This document shows positions 51,503 through 58,872 of a DNA stretch of 58,872 nt, piece by piece. The notes below the pieces were generated by a model. That model was not told the origin of the DNA, made no database searches, and saw only the letters and a program-made list of their open reading frames with translations. Made by a program: the position numbers and the translations under genes. The stretch's first letter is position 1, and each line of letters opens with the position of its first letter. The DNA lies in the IMG/VR virus record IMGVR_UViG_3300033997_000206, positions 1 through 58,872 of that record. One strand, written 5' to 3'. The stretch is from a virus. Lineage: Duplodnaviria > Caudoviricetes.

Positions 51503-52359
51503 TGGCCGGTAAATTTGTTGCGTATCGTGAATCGGATCAGCAGCTGTTATTTGATACTGACTTGATTTGCTATGGGCTTCGAAAAAGCGGATATCTACAG
51601 TTTGTAGAAAATTGGCCTCAGAAGTATCTGAGGTCTGCTCAGCTTGATCCAAATAATGGCGCAAACTGGACCAACGACCCAACCCCCAAAGAGCCAATTT
51701 ATGGAATCTCGCTGTCAAGTTGGCGCTCTCCTATTGTGTTCCTTGTGGGTGATGGTAGTCCGTGTGGGGAAATGCTTGACTCTGGAATTAAAACTCTACT
51801 GTTTGTCGGAGCTTCGGCTAGCACAAAAGCCTACGTCTTTGACCTGATGACTGACGATGGTCCGATAACTGGGCTTAAGTGCTACAAGGAAAACCCCTGG
51901 GAGCTGACGTTCAACTCAGGGCAACCGCCACTTAACATCATCGCCTCAGTACAGGCCCCAGGCCTTGGCAGGTTAGTCAGTCCAAACTACGACGACCGAT
52001 ACGAGGCCTATGACGGCGGTTACAACTCGATGATTGGAACCAACGGCGGGACAACTTACTTTCAAATGAAGTCTTACGTCGATGTGCCGGTAGTGGCTGG
52101 AGAGCTAGCTGCAGCCATTACGTTCACGCGCTCAGCAGGTTGTAACGGGTCCTTTTCAGGTGCTGGCGGTTTCGAGTTCGGGTGTCAGGAGGGGTGTGGT
52201 GGTTACAACGGCGGTGTCAGGTTCATGTTTACGGTTGCAGCGGCAACTACTCGGGCGATCGTTGGTAGCTTTCCATACAACTACTGGCGGCAGATCCCTG
52301 AGATATTTCCTCATGCCCTCGTTATTAAAACGGCCGGCCTTCCATTTCCATTTAACTGA
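51502..52359 (+). CDS. Tail-tip associated protein
   Basis: Coupled ORF between J and the fibre gene; AT-richer. Confidence 0.7.
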   Translation: MAGKFVAYRESDQQLLFDTDLICYGLRKSGYLQFVENWPQKYLRSAQLDPNNGANWTNDPTPKEPIYGISLSSWRSPIVFLVGDGSPCGEMLDSGIKTLLFVGASASTKAYVFDLMTDDGPITGLKCYKENPWELTFNSGQPPLNIIASVQAPGLGRLVSPNYDDRYEAYDGGYNSMIGTNGGTTYFQMKSYVDVPVVAGELAAAITFTRSAGCNGSFSGAGGFEFGCQEGCGGYNGGVRFMFTVAAATTRAIVGSFPYNYWRQIPEIFPHALVIKTAGLPFPFN

Positions 52360-52368
52360 GACTTGTAT

Positions 52369-53238
52369 ATGCCATGGTATAGACAGGGTACTGTCTCGAT
52401 CACCGCTGGGCAGACAACGGTGGTTGGTGTCGGAACAGATTTTCCCGCTAACAGTCGCGTGGGTGATGCGTTCATTGGCCCTGATGGGAAGGTTTATGAA
52501 CTGTCCAACATTGCCAGTCCGACGGTAATCAGCATCCTTCCAGCCTATCAAGGCGCGACGGTAACAGGCGGGCGGTACGGGCTTGCCCCCATGCAGGGCT
52601 ACGTAAAAGAATCCGCCGACCGCCTGCGGCAGCTTGTTGACCAGTTTGGCTCAACCATGGCCCTGTTTGGTGGAGCCGCAGATATTGCCACCCTGAGGGT
52701 GAACATCGGTGCAGCTGGGCGCGGGGTAAACAGCGATATCACATCCTTGACCGGCCTGACCACGGCGCTCAGCATCGCCCAGGGCGGGACAGGGGGGAAG
52801 ACGGCGGCAGAGGCACGAGCTGGCCTTGGCCTGAAGTCCGCAGCTGCCGCAGATATCGTCGGCACCGTCAGCCAGGCGAGCGGCGTGCCCACGGGGGCAA
52901 TCATCGAGCGCGGTAGCAACGCAAACGGCGAGTACACGAAGTATGCGGACGGAACCCTCGAATGCTTCATCACTGGCTCCAACTCGCAATCGGTCGCAAC
53001 CAACACGGGTGTCGAGATCAGCGTGACATTCCCGGCGCCGTTCATCGGCATCCCGACGCCGACCGGAAACGCTGGCCTATCGACGAGCGTGACCACCGGC
53101 CTGGCGGCACGCATCACCGTTGGTTTCCCGTTCACCGTCTCCGGTGCGAGCTCGATGCGCGTGCACATCTTCAACACCACCGGCATCACCATCGGTGGCT
53201 TCTCGTACTTCTTGCAAATCAAAGGACGGTGGTTCTGA
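52369..53238 (+). CDS. Tail fibre protein
   Basis: MPWYRQGTV start, NSDITSLTGLTT.LS..QGGTG, IERGSNANGEY.KYADGTLEC, KGRWF end. Confidence 0.88.
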   Translation: MPWYRQGTVSITAGQTTVVGVGTDFPANSRVGDAFIGPDGKVYELSNIASPTVISILPAYQGATVTGGRYGLAPMQGYVKESADRLRQLVDQFGSTMALFGGAADIATLRVNIGAAGRGVNSDITSLTGLTTALSIAQGGTGGKTAAEARAGLGLKSAAAADIVGTVSQASGVPTGAIIERGSNANGEYTKYADGTLECFITGSNSQSVATNTGVEISVTFPAPFIGIPTPTGNAGLSTSVTTGLAARITVGFPFTVSGASSMRVHIFNTTGITIGGFSYFLQIKGRWF

Positions 53239-53834
53239 TGATCATCAAGCTTTCACCTGTTCGCTCTGATGCTCAACTGTCGGTGTTCCGCCTGGGCGAC
53301 ATGTTGACGATCAACAATGTTGCGCTGGACCTCGCCCGCTTGCCTGAGGGTGCCTCGCTTCCTGCGTCAGCAGTGGGCAGCGCGTTCATGCACGATCCGA
53401 TTGAGCGTCACGACGGCAAGCTGATTGTCACACTGCGCCTGCCGCACGCTGCTGATGCGACGGAGTCGGCGCGGTTCCCGGTCGATATCGTTGACCCTGC
53501 TGAAGGCCCAGTGCAACTGCCAGGGCAGGATGTGCGTGACGCAGAGCCGGCAGCTACAGGCGTCATCGACTGGAGTCAGGTCATCACAGCAGAGCAGAAG
53601 GCGGCGGACCTGCTTGAGCAGCAGCGTCTGGAAGCCGTGGCCGAGATTGCGCGCCGCCGTGTTCAGGCCGACCAAGCGATTGCCCCGCTGCAGGATGCCG
53701 TTGACCTGGACGAAGCAACGGAGGTCGAGGCCGCGCTGCTCAAAGACTGGAAGCGCTATCGCGTTGCGCTCAACCGTGTGCTCGAACAGCCAGGCTATCC
53801 CATCGAAATCGACTGGCCCGCGCCGCCGGCCTGA
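53238..53834 (+). CDS. Tail fibre assembly chaperone
   Basis: IAPLQDAVDLD.AT..E...L..WK.YRV.LNRV..QPGYP..I.WP..P. Confidence 0.9.
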   Translation: MIIKLSPVRSDAQLSVFRLGDMLTINNVALDLARLPEGASLPASAVGSAFMHDPIERHDGKLIVTLRLPHAADATESARFPVDIVDPAEGPVQLPGQDVRDAEPAATGVIDWSQVITAEQKAADLLEQQRLEAVAEIARRRVQADQAIAPLQDAVDLDEATEVEAALLKDWKRYRVALNRVLEQPGYPIEIDWPAPPA

Positions 53835-53891
53835 TCCACACCAAACCCACCGACCGCCCGAGAGGCGGTATTTTTTTGCCTGGAGAAAACC

Positions 53892-54314
53892 ATGACCAAA
53901 TTGCTTCCCCGCGGCGTGCGCAATCGCAACCCGGGAAACATCGATTTCAACCCCGCCAACAACTGGGTTGGCCAGATCGGTAAAGAGCCCGGCGGCCGAT
54001 TCTGCATCTTCGACACGCCGGAGAATGGCATTCGTGCGCTCGGCAAGCTGTTGCAGACCTACTACAACAAGCACGGCTTGCGCAATGTGGCAGCGATCAT
54101 CAAACGCTGGGCGCCGGAAATAGAGAACGACACCGATGTCTACATCCGCACCGTGGCGCAGCGTTGCGGTCTTTCCCCGAGCGATCCGATCAAGGACATC
54201 AAGAACCAGCAGGTCCTAGGCGGTCTGGTGCTCGCGATCATCAAGCACGAAAACGCGAATTACGAGTACCCGCCGGCGGTGTTCGCTGAGGGCTTGCGAA
54301 GGGCGTTAGCTTGA
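53892..54314 (+). CDS. Putative endolysin copy 1 (lysozyme-like, NPGNI family)
   Basis: RGVRNRNPGNI, F..PENGIRAL, RWAP..ENDT..Y, II.HEN. Confidence 0.8.
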   Translation: MTKLLPRGVRNRNPGNIDFNPANNWVGQIGKEPGGRFCIFDTPENGIRALGKLLQTYYNKHGLRNVAAIIKRWAPEIENDTDVYIRTVAQRCGLSPSDPIKDIKNQQVLGGLVLAIIKHENANYEYPPAVFAEGLRRALA

Positions 54315-54449
54315 ATAGCTGGGGCGTGCGGGTGACTGCAATGCTAGCGGTGGCCGGGTCGTATTGGCCCGTGTACAAGCACGGTCGATCTGCAGGGCTC
54401 GCAAAGAGCAACGGCGCGTCGACGCGCAAGAGGAGGTGAGGGCGAATGC
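54311..54449 (+). pseudogene. Degenerate Rz (i-spanin) remnant
   Basis: MNSWGVRVTAMLAVAGSYWPVYKHGRS, then a frameshifted KEQRRVDAQEEVRANA; both match 56267-56791 with an internal deletion. Confidence 0.8.
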
Positions 54450-54550
54450 GGATTTTCAACTCCACGTTTTTGTATTCCACAAAATTTTAAACGCTCAGCA
54501 TGATAAAAACATGGTGCTTCCATCCCAGGGGGCGAAGTTAAATTTAAATA

Positions 54551-54575
54551 AAAAGCCCGCGATAAGCGGGCTTTT
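54551..54575. terminator. Bidirectional terminator
   Basis: AAAAGCCCGC-GATAA-GCGGGCTTTT. Confidence 0.85.
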
Positions 54576-54600
54576 CAATGATATGTAATGTGCTAGGAAC

Positions 54601-55674
54601 CTACAAAGTCGACGACGCAGCAAGAGGTGTTTCGCGAGGTGCGATCTTCTTTTTTAGCCACTTGCGCAGGGTCAAGTGCTTATCTTCTAGCAGCCATGCA
54701 CAGACTGCCGAGAACAGAACGCAGATAAGGATAGATAGCCAAGCATTGAGAGGCTTTGCAGAGTTCATTTGCGTGCTCAGCAACACCCGGATTGGCTCAT
54801 GCGTCAGGTACATTGCATACGACAGGAACGCGCCTTTGGTAGCAATCCACTTAACAGGAGTAGAAACGCGAAGATTGGTGCTCGCAAGGATAATGAACAT
54901 CATGGCCACACCAGTTAGAAGCAAAAGCTGCTGATCATACATATTCATGTGGCTAGCAAGGGAAAGCTTTTTGAATCTCCACAGCAGGCCGAAGATTACA
55001 GCTGCAAGTGGAACGAGTACTTGCTTCCAGTTCACCCGAGGCATGAATACGTAAATGTATGCGAAAGCGGCACCAAGGAACCACTCCCACGCTACCGACT
55101 CCCAAATCGTGAAGTACCCAACTACCAAAGTTGCAGGGATGGCGAGAACAGTAGCAAACATTCGCTCAACAGCGGACATGTCACGCCAGAAGAAAGCGAT
55201 GCCGAAGAATACGTACAGCCACCACTCAACGGCAATTGTCCAGAGAACGGTATTGCCACCAAATACGGTAATTGGTGGTATGCCGTCTATCATTCGTGCA
55301 AATGGCGTGTGCTGCAACTGCAGTAGGTGGCCAATCCAGTCCCAGGCCGTTGGGGCAGTCCGGCCAATAAATAGAACAAAAACCAGGAAGGAAATTATTA
55401 GTGCAGGAACGTACAGGACATAAATTCGGCTGAATCTGTCAATCATGTACTCACTAAAACTGTATTTTTCGCGGGTCAGGCAATGATAGGTAATTAGAAA
55501 TCCTGATAGCCAGAAAAATACTACTACCGCTAAGCTCTGAAAGGGCATTATTTTGCCAAACCAACTTATAGGTGTGACGCCCGATAGTGTATGGCCAACA
55601 AGTACGGCAAATGCCGCCAATGCTCGTATTGCGTTAAGTGTCGTAGATTGACCAATGGTCAGTGTGTTGCTCAC
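54601..55674 (-). CDS. Acyltransferase-3 family O-acetyltransferase (Oac/OafA-like)
   Basis: LNAIRALAA.AV.VGH, VVVFFWLSGFLI, RFSRIY, LWTIAVEWWLY, SYAMYLTH; ~10 TMs; extended -10 TGGTATGAT at 55729-55737. Confidence 0.92.
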   Translation of the reverse strand: MSNTLTIGQSTTLNAIRALAAFAVLVGHTLSGVTPISWFGKIMPFQSLAVVVFFWLSGFLITYHCLTREKYSFSEYMIDRFSRIYVLYVPALIISFLVFVLFIGRTAPTAWDWIGHLLQLQHTPFARMIDGIPPITVFGGNTVLWTIAVEWWLYVFFGIAFFWRDMSAVERMFATVLAIPATLVVGYFTIWESVAWEWFLGAAFAYIYVFMPRVNWKQVLVPLAAVIFGLLWRFKKLSLASHMNMYDQQLLLLTGVAMMFIILASTNLRVSTPVKWIATKGAFLSYAMYLTHEPIRVLLSTQMNSAKPLNAWLSILICVLFSAVCAWLLEDKHLTLRKWLKKKIAPRETPLAASSTL

Positions 55675-55817
55675 GTGGCAGTCCCTTCCTTAGAAATTCT
55701 CAAGGCCGATTTTTTTGATCAAACGGCCATCATACCAAAATTTCGCTTTCAGATACTATTGGTGATTTTGGCTGCGCGCCCGACAGGTCGCGGGCTTTTC
55801 TCGCCAGGAGAAAATCC

Positions 55818-56270
55818 ATGACCCGATCCACCGCACGCGGTGTACGCAACAACAACTCCGGCAGCATCGACTACAACCACCACAACGCTTGGCAGGGGCA
55901 GTTGGGCATCGAGGTCGGCGTGGCAAAGCCGCGCTTCGCCCGTTTCGACTCGGCCGAGAATGGCATCCGTGCCCTGGGCAAGCTGCTGATCAACTACCGC
56001 GGCAAGGACGGCATGCCCGGCGTGGGCGAGAAGGGCATCGACACGGTGCTGGAGACCATCAACCGCTGGGCACCTAGCAACGAGAACGACACCCAGGCTT
56101 ATGCCGCTTCTGTGGCCAAGCGCCTGGGGGTGGGCATCACCGACCCGATCGATATCAAGGATCGCTACACGCTGTGGGTGTTCGTGGAGAGCATCATCAT
56201 CCACGAGAACGGCGGCAACCCGTACAAGGGCGCCGTCATCGATGAGGGCGTACGGCGGGCGCTGGCGTGA
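55818..56270 (+). CDS. Putative endolysin copy 2
   Basis: Paralogue of 53892-54314 (ENGIRALGKLL, RWAP..ENDT, IIHEN); directly upstream of the spanins. Confidence 0.8.
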   Translation: MTRSTARGVRNNNSGSIDYNHHNAWQGQLGIEVGVAKPRFARFDSAENGIRALGKLLINYRGKDGMPGVGEKGIDTVLETINRWAPSNENDTQAYAASVAKRLGVGITDPIDIKDRYTLWVFVESIIIHENGGNPYKGAVIDEGVRRALA

Positions 56271-56791
56271 AAGGCTGGGGCGTGCGCGTGATCGCGCTGC
56301 TGGCCGTGTTCGGGTCGTACTGGCTCGTCTACCAGCACGGTCGGTCGGTGGAGCGCGCCGAGGCAGCAACAGCATCTGCGCAACGGGACAGCGGCGATCG
56401 CCTGGCCGAGGTGCTGGGCGAGCGGGGAGAACGCCAAGAAGAACATCGCCGCGCCGCGGCACACGAGGAGGTGAGGGCGCATGCTCAGGGACAACGAACG
56501 ATCGCTGAAACCGCTGCTGCTGGGGCTGATGCTGCTGGCCAGCGGCTGCACGACGAAGCCGGCAACCTCGCTGCCACCGTCGGTTGCCCCGGCCCGGATC
56601 CCGCCGTTGCCGCTCGAGGCGAGGCAGCCCGCCGCGCCGCCATGGTGCTCTCCGACCTGCTCGCACGGGCTGATGCTCGAGCGGGAGAGCTGGCGTCAGC
56701 GTATGACCGAGCCCGAATAGCTGGCCTGGCCTGCGAGGCGTCCTATGGCAGCTTGTTGGAGGAAGGTCGTCCTTTGGTACAACCAGAATGA
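56267..56791 (+). CDS. Rz: i-spanin (DUF2514-like)
   Basis: N-terminal TM plus Ala-rich coil; YDRARIAGLACE. Confidence 0.85.
   Translation: MKGWGVRVIALLAVFGSYWLVYQHGRSVERAEAATASAQRDSGDRLAEVLGERGERQEEHRRAAAHEEVRAHAQGQRTIAETAAAGADAAGQRLHDEAGNLAATVGCPGPDPAVAARGEAARRAAMVLSDLLARADARAGELASAYDRARIAGLACEASYGSLLEEGRPLVQPE
56481..56720 (+). CDS. Rz1: o-spanin lipoprotein embedded in Rz
   Basis: +1 frame inside Rz; GAGG RBS; LASGC lipobox; Pro-rich. Confidence 0.85.
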   Translation: MLRDNERSLKPLLLGLMLLASGCTTKPATSLPPSVAPARIPPLPLEARQPAAPPWCSPTCSHGLMLERESWRQRMTEPE

Positions 56792-57033
56792 ACCTTGATC
56801 TGTGGTGTTTGGTCGCAACCAGATTGCGATGGTTTCGGCGTTAAGCGGGCAAAGGAGAGGTTATGCGAAGGAATGATCTGAAGAGTGAGGCAGAGGCGTG
56901 GGCAATGGTTGCGCTCTGGGTCTGCGTTATTGCACTGGCTACTTTGGCATGGCATCGGATGTTGACTTAAAGCGGTGTCGGTTGCGGCGGGCTTGGACCT
57001 ATACTGCTTTGGTCAACGTACTGGGGCGGTGTC

Positions 57034-57243
57034 GTGAAACGAACGATCGAGGGAATGGTAGAGGCGGGAGAGCCGTTGTTGCTCGAGGCACTTGAGGCGC
57101 TGCGTACTTACCACAATGCTCAAGCCGCCGGGGTTCCTGCAGAGGAAGTCGAGCGCCTTCGGGTGATCGCAGAGTCCGCTTACCAGGCTGTGACCGACTA
57201 CCAACTCTACGCGCTTGGGCACCAGCCTCTGACCCGTCACTGA
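57034..57243 (+). CDS. Hypothetical protein
   Basis: AGEPL...A.EALR.YH.AQ..G....EVERLR; convergent with SRAP. Confidence 0.7.
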   Translation: MKRTIEGMVEAGEPLLLEALEALRTYHNAQAAGVPAEEVERLRVIAESAYQAVTDYQLYALGHQPLTRH

Positions 57244-57902
57244 GCCGGCTCTATCAACGCTGATCCCTGGTTCCGCACGTTGCCAACGGCAATTCCAACG
57301 CGGTACCACTCGAACGCCTCTGCCGGCTCACCCAGGTTCAGCACCAATTGTTCCGCGTGTTCGCTGGGCATGCCTGCTGCGATCCATTCAACCGCCAGAT
57401 CAGGCGACAGCACGACCGGCCGGCGGTCGTGCACATCGACCAGGCCGCCCTGGGCGTCGGCAGTGATGATCACGAACCCGTCGTGCTCATTGCCGGCGAA
57501 CTGACCTATTGAGGCGCACAGGGCAGGGCGCCCATCTCGCCTGCGGATGTAATAGGGCTGCTTCTTCGGCCCGCCTTCGTCCACCCACTCATACCAGCCA
57601 TCCACCGGCGTGATCGCTCGATGCGGCCAGATCGCCCGAAAGAAGGGGCCGTGCGCCACCTTCTCGACGCGGGCGTTTATCGGCGCGGCGCGGTCGGTTG
57701 CCCAGTGCGGCCTCCACCCCCATCTCACCAGGTCCGCCCTCGGGCCTGCGTCATCTACCCGGAGCACGGCGACCTGTGTGGTCGGCGCGACGTTGTACCG
57801 CCCCAGGTCCTGGTCTCCGACGTTGTTCCGCCAGGCTTCTGGCATGCTCAGCGTCTCAACGAAGTCATGGATCCCGCGGTACTGGGTCAACCTTCCGCAC
57901 AT
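57237..57902 (-). CDS. SOS response-associated peptidase (SRAP/YedK/HMCES abasic-site protein)
   Basis: M-CGR N-terminus, RYNVAPT, INARVE, GWYEW, VHDRRPV. Confidence 0.93.
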   Translation of the reverse strand: MCGRLTQYRGIHDFVETLSMPEAWRNNVGDQDLGRYNVAPTTQVAVLRVDDAGPRADLVRWGWRPHWATDRAAPINARVEKVAHGPFFRAIWPHRAITPVDGWYEWVDEGGPKKQPYYIRRRDGRPALCASIGQFAGNEHDGFVIITADAQGGLVDVHDRRPVVLSPDLAVEWIAAGMPSEHAEQLVLNLGEPAEAFEWYRVGIAVGNVRNQGSALIEPAQ

Positions 57903-57980
57903 GTCCGGTCCTCCTGCTTGAGCCAGAAGCATAGCCCGCCGGGCGGTACTGGCCTGGTCATCCGTTTGAATGGTCAAATA

Positions 57981-57996
57981 CTGTATAGATATACAG
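57981..57996. promoter_or_regulatory. LexA (SOS) box
   Basis: TA-CTGTATAGATATACAG-TA between divergent genes. Confidence 0.9.
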
Positions 57997-58008
57997 TATT
58001 GGTGCCGC

Positions 58009-58302
58009 ATGTACTTCCTCCTTGTTCGCCGTCGAGAGCGCGGCGTAGCGATCCCCAACGAAAAGCTCGCGAAGGTCAAACCGCTCAGGGCCGACGTTCA
58101 CCTACACGAGTGCCATAGCGCAGCTCTTGGGCGCTGCTGCATTGAGGCCTGGGTGTTCAATCCGGCCCCGGGCGAAGACATCATCCCGCGCCTGTTGGAT
58201 GCCAAGGTGAATGGCATGGGCAGTCTTGGGCTGAACATCACGGGCGTTGAGGATGTAGACGGTGTGCTCTATGCGCAGTCCTGGTGGTGCCGTGTTGAGT
58301 AG
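58009..58302 (+). CDS. SOS-associated hypothetical protein
   Basis: [11 protein letters not shown]...PRLLDAKV...GVE.VDGV.YAQSWWC; just downstream of the LexA box. Confidence 0.75.
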   Translation: MYFLLVRRRERGVAIPNEKLAKVKPLRADVHLHECHSAALGRCCIEAWVFNPAPGEDIIPRLLDAKVNGMGSLGLNITGVEDVDGVLYAQSWWCRVE

Positions 58303-58606
58303 CCTGGCGGGCATACCGCAGCCGTGGCTGGACGAGCTTTACGACAGTTCAGCCATGGTCACGGACCCGGATGGGCGCGCCGCGGTGCTCAATGAAATGG
58401 CCTATGCCGCCAGCCGGCGAAAGGAAGTCGATGCCAGCGTGCTGTCCGACATGCTGGAGCTTGCCGAGGCAGCCAGGACGTGGGCTCTACTGGAGCACGA
58501 AGAAGCCTGGGCCATGGGCCTGTTGAGGTATGAATCTGCAGAGGAGTGGGAGAGGGACGAGCCAGGACGGATCGTGGTCGGCAGAACGCCGGAGAAGGGG
58601 ATGTAG
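58295..58606 (+). CDS. Hypothetical protein
   Basis: Overlaps the upstream stop; [14 protein letters not shown]. Confidence 0.65.
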   Translation: MSSLAGIPQPWLDELYDSSAMVTDPDGRAAVLNEMAYAASRRKEVDASVLSDMLELAEAARTWALLEHEEAWAMGLLRYESAEEWERDEPGRIVVGRTPEKGM

Positions 58607-58609
58607 CTC

Positions 58610-58630
58610 GTACCACTTTTTGTACCAATG
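58610..58630 (+). promoter_or_regulatory. Putative integrase arm-type binding sites
   Basis: GTACCACTT / GTACCAATG tandem, same motif as 151-170. Confidence 0.65.
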
Positions 58631-58660
58631 AGCGTGTTTTGTCGTGTGGCACAGAGTTTT

Positions 58661-58705
58661 GCAGAGTGGCGAAACGCCCGAATTCATTGGGTTTCGCCAC
58701 TTTGC
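58661..58705. repeat. Inverted repeat in the right att arm
   Basis: GCAGAGTGGCGAAAC-N15-GTTTCGCCACTTTGC. Confidence 0.7.
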
Positions 58706-58732
58706 CAAACTCACCAAAACGCGGAAAACATC

Positions 58733-58802
58733 TCTGGAGTATGGTCGAACGGCTGTCGAATGCCTTATATCCAAAGGGCGCAACGTGAAGTAAATTTAAT
58801 CC
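58733..58802 (+). repeat. Right att site (copy of the 70-bp direct repeat)
   Basis: Matches 80-149 with 4 mismatches. Confidence 0.93.
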
Positions 58803-58872
58803 GGCGGGCTTTGCGCCGCATTCCCATATGGTCAACCGGACGACCTGCCATGACACTCCGTATCGATTTCAC

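Larger units (their letters stand above)
80..58802. mobile_element. Complete lambdoid (siphovirus-type) prophage
   Basis: Terminal direct repeats, integrase at the left end, and full immunity, replication, packaging, head, tail and lysis modules in lambdoid order. Confidence 0.97.

Noticed and set aside
47724-53834. Diversity-generating retroelement or invertible tail-fibre switch
   Set aside because: No reverse transcriptase or invertase, and no TR/VR pair or flanking inverted repeats seen
58389-58856. 155-aa minus-strand ORF spanning the right att site
   Set aside because: It crosses the phage/host junction and arm repeats, with no recognisable protein features
58850-58872. Possible host gene start ATG ACA CTC CGT (and a minus-strand GTG near position 13)
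   Set aside because: Too little sequence in the window to support or identify either

Overview
The window is essentially one complete ~58.7 kb temperate lambdoid siphovirus prophage. Its gene content points to a Pseudomonas host (inference). It is bounded by a 70-bp imperfect direct repeat (80-149 / 58733-58802) with integrase arm-type repeats on both sides. Gene order: int/xis; a leftward early operon (C5 methyltransferase, PAPS-reductase-like protein, YqaJ/ERF recombination genes, many small ORFs and opposite-strand morons including a NYN nuclease); immunity region (PL/OL, LexA-controlled DUF1654-like gene, a two-gene cassette at the rexAB position, cI, OR, cro); Rha, O/P replication, nin and Q; a pagL moron; holins; terminase, portal, head and lambda-like tail genes with an accessory island before the tape measure; tail fibre; two endolysin paralogues flanking an acyltransferase-3 moron; Rz/Rz1; and an SOS cassette (SRAP). 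The least explained signals are non-coding: (i) a series of related bulged RNA duplexes, one in front of nearly every gene of the PL-proximal operon, one of which clamps a 156-nt multi-stem RNA and has a competing alternative pairing; and (ii) a 36-37 bp palindromic DNA motif repeated three times in the same orientation, twice inside coding sequence. All product calls come from motif recognition by eye; no database search was run.
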